A program made the position numbers and the translations under genes. The notes under the pieces are model-generated. The model made no database searches and had not been told where the DNA came from. It saw only the letters and a program-made list of their open reading frames with translations. This document shows, in pieces, positions 43,430 through 54,515 of a stretch of DNA of 64,000 nucleotides. The DNA is from an uncultured Nitrospiraceae bacterium (GTDB lineage: Bacteria > Nitrospirota > Nitrospiria > Nitrospirales > Nitrospiraceae), in contig CAVSTP010000004.1 of the NCBI GenBank assembly GCA_963730935.1, positions 1,757,091 through 1,821,090 on the forward strand. Direction: 5' to 3'. Position 1 is the first letter of the stretch. The number at the start of each line of letters is the position of its first letter.

Positions 43430-43649
43430 TTGGAAGGATGGTGTTCCCAATCGGAATGTGACCCTTTCAATGCCACATCTCGCCCACCTTGTCATCCCGT
43501 TTTCCGGGGAAATTAGGAGGGCAGCCTGAAGAAGGCCACTAATTTATGGGTAGGATCAACTCTCGGTATGATCTGAGTGACCTGCGGTTTACGAAATTCC
43601 GAGAATCCAACCTCAGACAACCTAATAACCTAACCCCAAAAGAAACCAC
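43430..43649 (+). repeat. compound repeat F: att core, 29-aa tail ending AA*, truncated arm repeat
   Basis: 43440-43529 encodes GVPNRNVTLSMPHLAHLVIPFSGEIRRAA*; TGACCTGCGGTTTACGAAATTCC at 43578. Confidence 0.85.
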
Positions 43650-43748
43650 GAGTTATCCACCTCCCAAGAATACGCCGAAACGGAGGATTGACAACAGTCA
43701 ACTCAAGGCTCGATGGTAATGTACGTCACTTATAAAAGGAGGGACCTC

Positions 43749-44465
43749 ATGAAAAGGTCAGCGAGCGATATCATTCAGAGAGTCGGAGCACACGTCGGTT
43801 TTATCGCGGTACTGCTTGCTCTGCTGCTCTGCGCACCAGGCCGAGGCTTGGCAGATGACGCCAGCGACGCCAAAAAGTTGATCGATCAGGCCGAAGGCAC
43901 ACTGAAGAACTTCATGAACGACCCGGACATTCAGGGGTTCAGCAAGCTCCTGCAGGGCGCAGCAGGCGTCTACATCGTGCCGAGACTCACGAAGGGTGCC
44001 TTCATCTTCGGCATCGAAGGCGGCAACGGCGTCGTGCTTGCGCGTGATGCAAAAACCGATACATGGAGCGAACCGCTATTTTATGAAACCTCGGCGGTCA
44101 GTTTTGGTCTCCAGGCAGGAGCCCAGTCACAAGAAGCCATCGTGTTGATCATGACGCCCCAAGGGATGGATAGGCTGTTGTCGAGCACAGTCAAGCTTGG
44201 CGTCGACGGATCTGTCGCGATCGGGCCGAAGGGAGGGGGAGTTGAGGGAACGCTTGCGGACTTCGTGACCTTCACGCGCGCGAAGGGATTGTACGCTGGA
44301 GTTTCCTTCGATGGAGCGTCGATCCGGACAAGGGACGACCTCAATGCCGCCTATTTTGGAGAGGACGTGCGTCCGTCGGACATTATTATTGCCCATAAGG
44401 CCAAACCGAATCCCAATTCCAAGGAATTGCAGGCCAAGCTGGCAACGGCCGGTGCGAAACAATAG
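43749..44465 (+). CDS. lipid-binding SYLF (Ysc84-like) domain protein
   Basis: KGAFIFGIEGGNGV, SFGLQAGAQ, RAKGLYAGVSFDG. Confidence 0.88.
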   Translation: MKRSASDIIQRVGAHVGFIAVLLALLLCAPGRGLADDASDAKKLIDQAEGTLKNFMNDPDIQGFSKLLQGAAGVYIVPRLTKGAFIFGIEGGNGVVLARDAKTDTWSEPLFYETSAVSFGLQAGAQSQEAIVLIMTPQGMDRLLSSTVKLGVDGSVAIGPKGGGVEGTLADFVTFTRAKGLYAGVSFDGASIRTRDDLNAAYFGEDVRPSDIIIAHKAKPNPNSKELQAKLATAGAKQ

Positions 44466-44976
44466 TAGACAGCGGAGGCTCGCCACTTTTCCCAATAGTT
44501 TGTGTTGTTCCTTCAATTTGGTCACGGTTCCGTTCTGAGCTAGGCCTTCAACCGCCTTATAGAGGCGAGGTGCGATTGCAGTGGGAGTCTGTGCAGGAGG
44601 GTAAGCGACCCGCCGTTTTCTAAGCCTTTCAGACACTTCCACACAACGCCTTATCAGGACAGCGGAACGTCGCTACAGCAGTGGATTTTCGCTGTTTTGT
44701 CGGATCAGTTTTACTCAGGTGAATTCAGGTGGATTTAGCCGGTTTTTGCCGTAGAGAGAACACGCTGGGAACACATAGGGATAGTATGTACTTCCTCCAG
44801 AGCCCTGCGCGATATCCACTTAGCCTAACCGGGCTCGACATATCCAGAAACGACTCGGCCGCGAACGAGATCATCTACGCCATAGTTCTCCAGAATAAGC
44901 CGGGTACTTGATGCTCGGTAATTCGCCATTCGGTTGGCCGGATGATCAGCGGAATGCTCGGTCAGGGTAAAAGGTC

Positions 44977-45014
44977 TGGTGTCCCCAACGGGACTCTCAG
45001 CCAGGACTACGTGG
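44977..45014 (+). repeat. att-like core repeat
   Basis: TGGTGTCCCCAACGGGAC followed by GGACTACGTGG. Confidence 0.75.
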
Positions 45015-45244
45015 AAGGTGCGTCAGGAGCCAACTCGCAAGGAATCGTAGACGTTGACATGCCCGAAACCGTAGCACTTCCCGCCTTCTTTTGACAACTC
45101 CCCGTTCGTATTATTAGAACTCATCTCCAGCATAAGGAGTATTCCCGCCATGTGGTGCTTTCGCTCGTCGTGAGTGCCGCGGCGTCGACGTATTCCAGTC
45201 GTGACGGCAAGCCGAAGCTGTGTAGGCGACGAAGGATGCGGCTG

Positions 45245-45634
45245 CTACTGATTTTTGGTTAGCCATTCGATAGCATCTTCTGGAGTCTCAAAGACCTTGA
45301 CAATCATCCCTCGATTCACGGCAACGGTTTCCCCTAACCGTGCCGGGTCACGAAGAGGCTCATGGATAATATACGCAAACCGCGGAATAATTTTGTGCTC
45401 AAGGACAATCCTGCGGGTTTCTCCCGCTCCGAATTCTCCGTAGTAGAAGCGCTCCATGTCCCTGAGATTTCCCTTCACGTTCCGGCCATCGAGCAATATT
45501 TTCTCAGCCTTATATTGGACAACGGCCTCAAGCATTTCAAGGAAGGCCTGTTTGGCATCTTCCAGCGAGAATTCTCCGCTTGCATCTACGCTGAGAAGTC
45601 CGGACTCAAAATGCATCTTCTGTTGTAGGCTCAC
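45245..45634 (-). CDS. hypothetical protein (STAS/SpoIIAA-like)
   Basis: GEFSLE, KILLDGR, ETVAVNRG..VKVFETPEDAIEWL. Confidence 0.7.
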   Translation of the reverse strand: MSLQQKMHFESGLLSVDASGEFSLEDAKQAFLEMLEAVVQYKAEKILLDGRNVKGNLRDMERFYYGEFGAGETRRIVLEHKIIPRFAYIIHEPLRDPARLGETVAVNRGMIVKVFETPEDAIEWLTKNQ

Positions 45635-45641
45635 TCCATCC

Positions 45642-46058
45642 TCAACTATGTTTTTGCTTTGTCCGTATAGCTTGCTTTAACCGTTCCACCATTTCAGGAG
45701 TTGGAGTCCATCGGAAAGGACCTACATGCTCGGCTTTGTGAAGTTCCTCCGTATAACAGCCTTTCCCAACAACTGAGACGCCCTCCATTGCGCCTCGCAT
45801 TTTACGATCCTTTTCGTTCTTGACCCACAAACCTTGTTCATCGAATTGATGTCGGATGAAACATGCACGAAGAAGCTCTTCATTCCCATCTTCGTCACAT
45901 TCAAGGAACGTCTCGATAAATCGGAGCGACTTACCGGCATAGAGAGTGATCGGCTCAGTCCTATCAATTATCCGTTCGTACTTAGTCAAATAGATCCGGT
46001 TAAGGGAGTCATCCTCACCAACAAAGAAATAACGAAGCTTGCCTGTTTTTTTAGGCAT
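45642..46058 (-). CDS. hypothetical protein
   Basis: ORF from MPKKTGK, tandem with neighbours. Confidence 0.55.
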   Translation of the reverse strand: MPKKTGKLRYFFVGEDDSLNRIYLTKYERIIDRTEPITLYAGKSLRFIETFLECDEDGNEELLRACFIRHQFDEQGLWVKNEKDRKMRGAMEGVSVVGKGCYTEELHKAEHVGPFRWTPTPEMVERLKQAIRTKQKHS

Positions 46059-46518
46059 GAAACTGCCTTGCCGGGTGCAACTGGGATGGCCGTTCCTTGC
46101 GAGTAGGACCAACAGCAACAAGGGCTTTGTGAATGCTGTTATCTAGTTCATCGCCGGAGATGCGAGATTTGACCAAGTAGGCTTGCGCTCCATTCAGAAG
46201 GGCGAGTTCGGCCAAGGTTTGGAAGTTGAGACGAGACAACATGATAACAGCGATCTGTGGATGGAGAATGCGTGGAACTAAATCGATGAGTACCTTGAAG
46301 CCGGACATGTCCGGCAGGGCAAGCTCTGTAACAACGCAATCGATCTGTTGCGATTGGCAAATGGATAGTCCTATTGCTCCAGTGTCCGCTTCGAGAATGA
46401 CATAATCCGGGGATGAAATCGTTAGGTGTTTGATCCAGTATTGCCGGTCGTGGGCATGACCATCAATGAAGAGAATGGTCGTGGAGGGAGGAACGATTTC
46501 CATGGGCACCGCGGTCAT
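46051..46518 (-). CDS. single-domain response regulator (atypical receiver)
   Basis: ILFIDG, DCVVTELALPDMSG (Glu at the phospho-Asp position), GAQAYLVK. Confidence 0.8.
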   Translation of the reverse strand: MTAVPMEIVPPSTTILFIDGHAHDRQYWIKHLTISSPDYVILEADTGAIGLSICQSQQIDCVVTELALPDMSGFKVLIDLVPRILHPQIAVIMLSRLNFQTLAELALLNGAQAYLVKSRISGDELDNSIHKALVAVGPTRKERPSQLHPARQFHA

Positions 46519-46960
46519 CTGGGCGATTCAAAAAAACCGCCAAACAATCTCAGATAAGTGCGGTATTAAATGAAAATACAAAGGGAATGAGAGGCGAAGT
46601 GTGATCCTATATAGGCAACTCCGTCAAGACCCCGAGGCGCTCCTCCCCCCTTCCCAGGCCGAAAACCTGCACAAAAATCTGTGAGGTCTACGCGAGATAG
46701 TGACGCACCAGTTTCCCCCGCCTGGCGTATGTCGATCCTATTGGATTCTTGGGAGAGTTTACAGTTCTACCTAGGGCATTCTGGGGGGCAAATCAACTCA
46801 GGATGACCTACGAGAAGGAATATCGTTCAATCGGAAGTGGATCGCTTGACGTGTATCCGCAGGAGAATTCTCTAGAGCGGGGGTTCTTCGATGATTAGAA
46901 CCGGTTGAACGGCAGCCACTGCCCTTTGTATTGCGCTATACAACTGAACTCCTGCAGTGA

Positions 46961-46977
46961 GTAGCAGCGTGGTAGCA
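46961..46977 (+). repeat. isolated tandem GGTAGCA arm-like pair
   Basis: GTAGCAGCGTGGTAGCA; a similar pair is at 5-22. Confidence 0.6.
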
Positions 46978-46986
46978 AAATGACGA

Positions 46987-47493
46987 TCAAACACGGGCTG
47001 GATTTTGTGGGTCGGACGGAAGTGTTTGTGAGGAGAGTCGATCGACGCGCGTGTCCTGGGTGGGATCGCGCAACCGGTCGATTCCCCCACGGCAATAGCC
47101 AAGAGGCAACCACCGGCAAGTGCCACAGATGGAAGGCAGATCGTCGCCGCATACTGAGCTCCGAATACGCTCAAGTATTTGTTGCCAGCGGATGCGACCC
47201 CCCACCTTCAGCCCGAGCCGTTGAAGCACCACTTGATCCTGCTCGATCATCTCCTCCTCCGACCGCGCCCCGTTCAACACGCACCCGGACGGATGCTGGT
47301 GTGGACAAGCTGCACAGACAGTATCGGGAAATGCGAGAACCTCGACCCAGGACTCGGGATGATCGGTGAGAGTTCGATGGATCGCGGCCATGTTCTTGAC
47401 AAACTCGGCGTTGTACCCCTCTCCACGAAACCCTTGCATGCACAGGAGCGTATGGCCTCTGAGGCGAACCGGAGGGGAAGAATTGTCAGACAT
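46987..47493 (-). CDS. DUF1284 domain protein
   Basis: LRGHTLLCMQGFRGEGY, DTVCAACPH, CGTCRW. Confidence 0.88.
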   Translation of the reverse strand: MSDNSSPPVRLRGHTLLCMQGFRGEGYNAEFVKNMAAIHRTLTDHPESWVEVLAFPDTVCAACPHQHPSGCVLNGARSEEEMIEQDQVVLQRLGLKVGGRIRWQQILERIRSSVCGDDLPSICGTCRWLPLGYCRGGIDRLRDPTQDTRVDRLSSQTLPSDPQNPARV

Positions 47494-47693
47494 ACGGAGA
47501 TCGCCCATGGCGACAGCACCCACGCAATTGTGTCACCGCCAGCCAAGCAAGTCAAAACGGGAGAACACAAGGGTGCGAGGGCAGGCTGAATTCCCTCCTC
47601 AAAGACGCAGTCTCATAAGCAGTGATCCACGTCGTCTCTGATCGGGTGAATCTTTTTCCGAGGTCTAGAGGTGCATCAGCGTCAATGCCGGGC

Positions 47694-47755
47694 GCGGAGC
47701 GTCAGGAAGACTCCATCATCGCATCAGCGTAAGAACGCCTTCCCTGACGCTCCGC
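47694..47755 (-). terminator. inverted repeat downstream of hsp20
   Basis: GCGGAGCGTCAGG...CCTGACGCTCCGC. Confidence 0.4.
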
Positions 47756-47778
47756 ATCCCCAGATCAACGCAAGGACC

Positions 47779-48261
47779 CTAGGCAACCTTGACCTCGATG
47801 GCTTTCGGTTTCGTCTTCTCGGCTTTGGGGAGACGCACGGTGAGCATGCCGTCCTTGTAGTCAGCCGACATCTTGCTCCCATCCGTATTCTCGGGTAGCG
47901 AGAAGCTCCGCATGAAGCGCCCGTAGGCGCGTTCGATCCGATGATGCTTGTGCCCGGTGGTTTCCTTCTCGTATTGCCGTTCGCCGGACATCGTCAGGAC
48001 ATCGTTTTCCACCGTGAGCTTGACCTGCTCCTTCTTCATGTCCGGTAATTCCGCCCTGATGAGGAATTGCTTCTCATCCTCGATAATGTCCAGCAGCGGC
48101 GACCACTCGGTCACCGTCATGGCTTCCTTGCCTCCGTCACCTAACGCCGCGCGAGTGGCAAACAGCGTCGCCAACCGGCTTTCCAATTCATCCCGATCCT
48201 TGAAAGGATTCCACTGCGTTCTGGTGATAGGGTCCCAACGTAGGAGCGTGTTCGTGTTCAT
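47779..48261 (-). CDS. Hsp20/alpha-crystallin small heat-shock protein
   Basis: WSPLLDI, AELPDM, IERAYGRFMRSFSLP, YKDGMLTVRLPK. Confidence 0.93.
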   Translation of the reverse strand: MNTNTLLRWDPITRTQWNPFKDRDELESRLATLFATRAALGDGGKEAMTVTEWSPLLDIIEDEKQFLIRAELPDMKKEQVKLTVENDVLTMSGERQYEKETTGHKHHRIERAYGRFMRSFSLPENTDGSKMSADYKDGMLTVRLPKAEKTKPKAIEVKVA

Positions 48262-48329
48262 GGCCGTATCTCCTCTTGTGATCGACATGGACTTCCACTC
48301 GATCAACGGTTCGTGTGATTTCTTCCCTG

Positions 48330-48547
48330 CTGCGCCGACCAGTTGGCATTCCGCCTTCAACCAGTCCTCCAAGGCCCGGCCTTCCTGCAGTAGGACTATT
48401 TCTTCTCCGCGGCTCTTGCTTCCAACTTCTAAACTTCTCGTAGTTCCCTCCGATCTCCTGCAGGTCATTATCGGTAAACTCGCCCCACTTCTTTTTCAAT
48501 TCGCCTTTGAACTGCGTCCATTTCCCCTTGAGTTGATCAGCGTTCAT
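48330..48547 (-). pseudogene. truncated CsbD gene joined to a DUF2934 remnant
   Basis: MNADQLKGKWTQFKGELKKKWGEFTDNDL (CsbD) stops matching near 48430; GRALEDWLKAE (DUF2934-like) follows in another frame. Confidence 0.65.
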
Positions 48548-48643
48548 AGGACCTTCCTCCTGTGTACAGTATTGATACCTCAGCTTCACGTTAGTGTCAG
48601 GTCATCACGCCGGAAAACTGTCGAGTACTCCGGGATTCCTCGG

Positions 48644-48808
48644 TCACACAACCCGCGCGGTGCGTCCCATAAACACATGGATCGTGACCAAGAGTCCGAT
48701 CAGGAACAGGATCCAGGAAATCTGGATCGCGACCGTGGACACCCCGGCGAGATTCAGGGCGCCGGCAATCAAGCCGACCACCAGGAACATCAGTGCGGAG
48801 TAGAGCAT
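48644..48808 (-). CDS. DUF1328 small membrane protein
   Basis: MLYSALMFLVVGLIAGALNLAGV. Confidence 0.85.
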   Translation of the reverse strand: MLYSALMFLVVGLIAGALNLAGVSTVAIQISWILFLIGLLVTIHVFMGRTARVV

Positions 48809-49122
48809 GGCGTACTCCTCTCTATGGAATGTGGGGTCAGTCGAACGGTCCTCTGAAGCAGGGTCGGAGTCCTGGCCGCCTCCATCAGCAGACCATGACA
48901 CCAAGGCATGTAGCCCTTCAGAGAAACTCTGGCGTTGGAGCGGCGGAGACTGGAGAATCGGTCGCGTGAGGAAGGACCAGGGAACGCGAGGGATGGGACA
49001 GCCAGCGGGGCTGAAACGTCTCTTTGATACTGCGCGCGGAGAGGCACTTAGTCAAGCGGTATTATCGGCTCCGATTCGCCTAGGAGCGGCCCCTGCCGCT
49101 GGTTATCACGGTGGACGACGGA

Positions 49123-51276
49123 TCAGAGATCTCGTCGAGTGAAGCCTGCAGGCCTCAATCGAAGCACCCGCACCGACCGCGCCTCGACCTCGTACCGTTC
49201 GCCGCCTTTCAGCACCGTCACGTGCTTCGGGGACACTCCCCTCGCATCTGTGTCCAGGAGCTGGTGCCACCGAACTCCCCGTTTGTGCGCCGGCAATGTG
49301 AAGGGGAGAGGTGTATGATCCGCATTCAGAAGAATCAGCAAGGTGTCATCCACAATCGCCCGGCCCTTCTCATCGGTCTCCGTCATGGCATCACCGGCGA
49401 GACGAAGCATGAGGGAGCGGACAGAGCCGCTGTTCCAATCCTCGTCAGTCATTCCCTGCCCATCAGGACGCAACCAGGAAATATCCTTGACCTCCGATCC
49501 ATGGATCTGGCGTCCTTGAAAAAAGCGCCGACGCCTGAGAACCGGGTGGTTCTTCCGCAGGCCAACGAGACGTTGCGTGAATACCATCAACTCCCGGGCT
49601 GCACGGTCCAGTTTCCAGTCGTACCAACTGAGCTCATTGTCTTGGCAGTATGCATTGTTGTTGCCCTGCTGCGTCCGGCCGATCTCGTCGCCCCCGCAGA
49701 TCATTGGGACACCCTGCGAAAGCAGGAGCAATGCCAGGCAGTTCCGCTTCTGTCGCTCTCTGAGCTCGTTGATGGCAGGATCGGCGGTCGGCCCCTCGAC
49801 GCCGCCATTCCAGCTCAGGTTGTCGTCCGTTCCGTCACAGTTGTTTTCACCATTCGCTTCGTTGTGCTTGTGGTCGTATGAGACGAGATCGTGGAGTGTG
49901 AATCCATCGTGCGCCGTGACGAAATTGACGCTCGCAAAGGGGCGCCGCCCGCTCATACTGTAGAGGTCGCTGCTCCCGGTCAGCCGGTACCCCAACTCCG
50001 CCACCTGGCCTCCATCACCTTTCACGTACCGCCGGATGGTGTCCCGGTACTTGCCGTTCCACTCGGCCCAGCCGACCGGAAAGTTGCCGACCTGATAGCC
50101 GCCTTCGCCCACGTCCCAGGGCTCCGCGATCAGCTTGACCTGGGACAGGATGGGATCCTGGTGGAGGATGTCGAAGAAAGCGCTCAGCCGGTCGACCGCA
50201 TGCACTTCTCGCGCGAGCGCGGAGGCGAGATCGAAACGAAATCCGTCCACGTGCATCTCCGTGACCCAGTAACGCAGACTATCCATGATGAGTTGCAGGG
50301 TCCGGGGATGCTTGACGTTGAGCGTGTTCCCGCATCCCGTATAGTCCGTGTAATAGCGATTGTTGTCCGCCGTCAGCCGGTAATAGATGGCATTGTCGAC
50401 CCCTCGAAACGACAGGGTGGGACCGAGGTGATTGCCTTCCGCCGTATGGTTGTAGACCACGTCCAGGATGACCTCGATTCCCGCGCTGTGGAGGGTCTTG
50501 ACCATGCTCTTGAATTCCCGTACGTGGCGGCCTCGAACCGGCGATGTGGCATAGCGAATATCGGGGGCAAAAAAGCCGATGGTGTTGTAGCCCCAGTAGT
50601 TTGTGAGGCCGCGATCGTACAGGTGTTTGTCGCGGACGAAATGCTGGACGGGTAGCAACTCAATGGCGGTCACCCCCAGAGCAAGCAAATGGTCGATCAC
50701 GGCGGGCGTTGTCAGGGCGGAATAGGTTCCACGCATAGGTTCCGGGACGTCGGGGTGTCGGGCAGTGAAGCCCTTGACGTGCACTTCATAGATAATCGTT
50801 TTGTCCCAGGCCGTCTTGAGCAGATGATCTCCGCCCCAGGTGAACGCCTGATCAATGACGACACACTTAGGAATGTTCCCGGCGTTGTCCTGGGTGTTGA
50901 ATGAGAGATCGGCCTTGGGATCCCCGATGGTGTAGCCGAACATGGCGTCGGACCACTGGATCGTGCCGGCGATGGATTTGGCATATGGGTCGATCAAGAG
51001 CTTGTTCGGATTAAAGCGGTGCCCGGCTTCTGGTTCATAAGGGCCATGGACCCGGTATCCATAATGCTGTCCGGGCCAGAGCCCCGGGATGTACACGTGC
51101 CAGACCTGATCGGTTTGCTCTTCTACTCGAATGCGCGCCGAGTCTCTGTCGGAGTCGGGTCCGTCGAACAGGCAGAGTTCCACAGCCGTGGCATTCTCGG
51201 AAAAGATGGCGAAGTTGACTCCCTCGCCATCCCATGTGGCTCCCAATGGATAGGGGCTTCCAGGCCAAGTTCTCAC
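49123..51276 (-). CDS. glgX: glycogen debranching enzyme
   Basis: [55 protein letters not shown] start inferred from RBS. Confidence 0.95.
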   Translation of the reverse strand: MRTWPGSPYPLGATWDGEGVNFAIFSENATAVELCLFDGPDSDRDSARIRVEEQTDQVWHVYIPGLWPGQHYGYRVHGPYEPEAGHRFNPNKLLIDPYAKSIAGTIQWSDAMFGYTIGDPKADLSFNTQDNAGNIPKCVVIDQAFTWGGDHLLKTAWDKTIIYEVHVKGFTARHPDVPEPMRGTYSALTTPAVIDHLLALGVTAIELLPVQHFVRDKHLYDRGLTNYWGYNTIGFFAPDIRYATSPVRGRHVREFKSMVKTLHSAGIEVILDVVYNHTAEGNHLGPTLSFRGVDNAIYYRLTADNNRYYTDYTGCGNTLNVKHPRTLQLIMDSLRYWVTEMHVDGFRFDLASALAREVHAVDRLSAFFDILHQDPILSQVKLIAEPWDVGEGGYQVGNFPVGWAEWNGKYRDTIRRYVKGDGGQVAELGYRLTGSSDLYSMSGRRPFASVNFVTAHDGFTLHDLVSYDHKHNEANGENNCDGTDDNLSWNGGVEGPTADPAINELRERQKRNCLALLLLSQGVPMICGGDEIGRTQQGNNNAYCQDNELSWYDWKLDRAARELMVFTQRLVGLRKNHPVLRRRRFFQGRQIHGSEVKDISWLRPDGQGMTDEDWNSGSVRSLMLRLAGDAMTETDEKGRAIVDDTLLILLNADHTPLPFTLPAHKRGVRWHQLLDTDARGVSPKHVTVLKGGERYEVEARSVRVLRLRPAGFTRRDL

Positions 51277-51367
51277 TTTCTTCCCTCCGTATTTGCGTAT
51301 TGGTTGTGAAGTACCACAGCTTACTGCAGTTTGTACCCTCATCACTATAGGATAGCCCGCTAGGAGT

Positions 51368-51520
51368 GCTTACTCGCGTTAGGTAGGAGACGAAGACATC
51401 GCCAGGTTTTATGCGGTCCGCCATTGCTTTGCGATCGAGACGGAATCCTGATATGTCGCGATTGGACTTCGAGAAAGCCTCGTATGTTTCGGGGGAAAAT
51501 ATATTAATGAAGTGAGCCAT
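51368..51520 (-). pseudogene. EVE-domain protein N-terminal fragment
   Basis: FSPETYEAF...SGFR...[16 protein letters not shown], then similarity is lost. Confidence 0.55.
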
Positions 51521-51810
51521 CTTGCGTCTAGTAGGACGATTCTAAGAGGACTGGCCTCAATGAGCAACAGCCGTCTCGAACCTCTCCATTGCACACGCAA
51601 CGCTTTCTTTGACGTGATGACGACAGCTCACAATCATTTCTTTTTGAACCGAGATATGGAAGCGATTCGATCGCTGTCAAATCAAGTGGTTACTGATAAA
51701 GAAATGATGGGGATTATGAACCCTCCAGCCTTTCGTTACCTCTCAATCACTTATCGAAGAGTCAGAAGCAGGGGCGGAACCGATAAAACTGCATCGGGCA
51801 GGATAACCTC

Positions 51811-52008
51811 CTATATGGCATCCTCCACTGTTGTATCATTCAATCGTTCAGTGTAGATATGCTGCGGGTTCACTAACCGGCCCCTTGATCGCAGTTCAGC
51901 ATAATAGTTCTGAACCGCCTCAACCACAAACGCTGATGGGCTCATCTGACGTTTCTTGGCACTGTCTACAACCTTGATACTCAACTCATCGGGTAATGAG
52001 AAGTGCAT
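51811..52008 (-). CDS. ribbon-helix-helix (CopG-like) protein
   Basis: FSLPDELSIKVVDSAKKRQMSPSAFVVEAV; AGGAG RBS. Confidence 0.6.
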   Translation of the reverse strand: MHFSLPDELSIKVVDSAKKRQMSPSAFVVEAVQNYYAELRSRGRLVNPQHIYTERLNDTTVEDAI

Positions 52009-53556
52009 GACTCTCCTTGTTATTGGTTAAAGGCTCGGTTCCTGGTTGTGAATGATGAGAAACGCACATAATCTGGAGAAAGAGGAGGTGGGCAAACCAC
52101 CTAGGCAGCGAGTGCCTGATTACAACATCACCAGAACAGGACAATCACACAGGCAATGCTCCCGAGTCCGCACAGCGTGATTGGAAACACATCGCTGTCA
52201 TACCAGTTTCGGATTCTCTTCCGCATTAGGTCGCTCCTTCTGTCCCATTCTCGATTTGCTCCTCTAGTGAAAATATCCTCTTAACATTTGGACTTTGTGA
52301 TCCCGCAGATACAATTGGACTTTTCAGCATATGCTGATCAGTGGGTATTGCTTTGCTTAATCCATCCGAGTTCTAACATCGTTTCGTAAGCAAATTGTTC
52401 GTTGATTGTGCGTCCATTGCGGTGGGCCTCAGCTCGGAGCCGAGGGACGGCTGCAGGGTCGAGGAGCTCATCGCAGTTATACCAAGAGAATTCTTCAATT
52501 TGTTCGTGCATAGACTCCTTTTGATTACTAGGATGTTGCCATGATCTTCTGAGCCCTGCGCCTCCACCCAGGAGGAAAGACCCACCGCCCGCGCAAGAAG
52601 GATCCACCGCCGCCGAGGGGCGATGTGTAGGGTCTGCCCACGCTGCGGCGGTCTACTTGTCCGTGATCAGTGGCTGACTTTTACCCACCGTGTGGCTGTT
52701 GATGATCGCAGCCTCGCTCCTGCGACTACCGTATCTCACATAGAGTTCGAGGCAGTAATACCCGATGAGCTCACACTCTTTGTCCGAAAAGTCCCGTGGA
52801 GACATCTCGTACTGAAGGATCTCACAGACTTTAAAAAAATCCTTCATCTCTGTTGACACGTTTTCCATGGCCCACCGCCTTTCTCACAGGGTACCTTTTT
52901 CAGGATAATCTGATCCAAGGCCTCATCGCCGGCCTCTGGCACACCAATGCACGAGCGGCACGACCACGATTAGGGAACCACCACCAGCCAGACCATGTTC
53001 GGATTGCCCAGGTTGCCGGTGAAGTCATAGGTGATGGGACTCGCAACGGCAAGAGTGGGGATGAGAAGACAAAATAACAATACAAGCGCTTTCATCCGCA
53101 TAATTCCTCTGGTAGGTAGGGATGGGAATGGTCGGCCTACTGACAGGTTTAAATGACTGTACTCTCAAGCTAGGGTTTTGGATAGCTAGGACGATTACTT
53201 TAGGTGAGATACCAAGTCCAAACAGGCATTCGGAATTGTTTCTCTATTTGTCGAAGACCTTTTATCGGCCCGATGCCGCAGCTGCGCGTCATCGGCTGTC
53301 CGCACCCGTTATCCATCACCCGCGATCGCATTGATCTCGTCGTGCCCGCTGGCGCACACCTGTGAGCCGGCCAGGACGAATCCAAGGTGCTGCGATTACA
53401 TTTAAAGTTCATGCTAAAGACTCCCTCCTAACATGAATACCTTATTGTCCCCCCCGTGCAAAGAGCGCATAGTCCTCCCCACAACTTCCACACACGCCAG
53501 TCCGCGGCCTCATGGAAGGCCCGACCGCCGACATCTTCTGAGAAAGGCGGTCGTCA

Positions 53557-54000
53557 ATGTTGGACTCACGTCCCAAAGTCAGATCTATTCGTGTGTTACT
53601 GGTAGATGACCACGCCATGGTACGGCAAGGACTGCGTTGTACCTTGGAAGGGTATCCCAATATCGAAGTGGTTGGCGAAGCGAGTGATGGTTCGGAGGTT
53701 CTCGCGTGTATAGAAAAGGTTCAGCCGACGGCCGTCGTGATGGACATTGTCATGCCGAAGATGGACGGGATCGCCGCGACCCGACTAATCAAAGCACAGC
53801 ATCCGAAGATTGCCGTGATTGGACTCACGCGCGAGCTGAAGGATTACACGTCATATTCCATGAAAAAGGCGGGAGCCTCCGAAGTGGTGGACAAGAAGAA
53901 CGCTGTGGTGGAATTGTATGACGCGATAAAAAAGAGCAGTGGCAGACATCGGCGGGAAGGCCGTAGACCGGCCAGAAATCGGCCTTGGTTCCATGACTGA
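53557..54000 (+). CDS. response regulator (NarL-type receiver, no output domain)
   Basis: VLLVDDHAMVRQGL, VVMDIVMPKMDG. Confidence 0.85.
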   Translation: MLDSRPKVRSIRVLLVDDHAMVRQGLRCTLEGYPNIEVVGEASDGSEVLACIEKVQPTAVVMDIVMPKMDGIAATRLIKAQHPKIAVIGLTRELKDYTSYSMKKAGASEVVDKKNAVVELYDAIKKSSGRHRREGRRPARNRPWFHD

Positions 54001-54102
54001 AGCAACTTGAAACCATCGTTCTATAGATCCATCCCATTCAATACACTTGCCGACGGCCTCCTGGAAGTCCTACCGCCGACACTGTGAGAAAGGCGGTCGT
54101 CG

Positions 54103-54309
54103 ATGTCCGACTTCTTACTTCTCCAGTACGAAAACAAAATTGGAACTATTTCTGCTGCTCCTGAGTCTCGCCACGCTGTGGGAGAATTCATTCAGGCCGG
54201 TGAGCAGCTACTCAAACAGAGTGGTCTTTCCTACTATGAGAAGTACCTACTTCTGGATATGACAGGTCGGATGATGGAGATGCTGCTGGGCCGAATGGAT
54301 GATAGGTAG
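54103..54309 (+). CDS. hypothetical protein
   Basis: 68-aa ORF with upstream purine-rich RBS. Confidence 0.45.
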   Translation: MSDFLLLQYENKIGTISAAPESRHAVGEFIQAGEQLLKQSGLSYYEKYLLLDMTGRMMEMLLGRMDDR

Positions 54310-54515
54310 ACCTAGGGACATTCGCTTGCAGCTTAAACACGCTTGATCGTCAACACACTGTCGAAATGTTCTGATCTCGGGATCGGCGATGCAGTTGCCG
54401 GTAGGTCCAATGACCGCTTGACCCAATCCTTCGAAAACGCCTAAGGTCCCTCTCCCCACATTCACATCTGACCGGTGAGTACCTCTGGGTCCGCAACGAA
54501 CAGACAGGAGACACT

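Noticed and set aside
4168..44993. Functional tRNA genes at the tRNA-like fragments
   Set aside because: Only 3' ends or anticodon-arm pieces are present; no full cloverleaf could be built.
16010..46977. Classical integron (attC/IntI)
   Set aside because: No IntI gene, and the repeats lack the RYYYAAC...GTTRRRY attC palindrome.
52089..52200. c-di-GMP-I riboswitch starting at GGCAAAC
   Set aside because: The GNRA tetraloop and second conserved stem are not evident.
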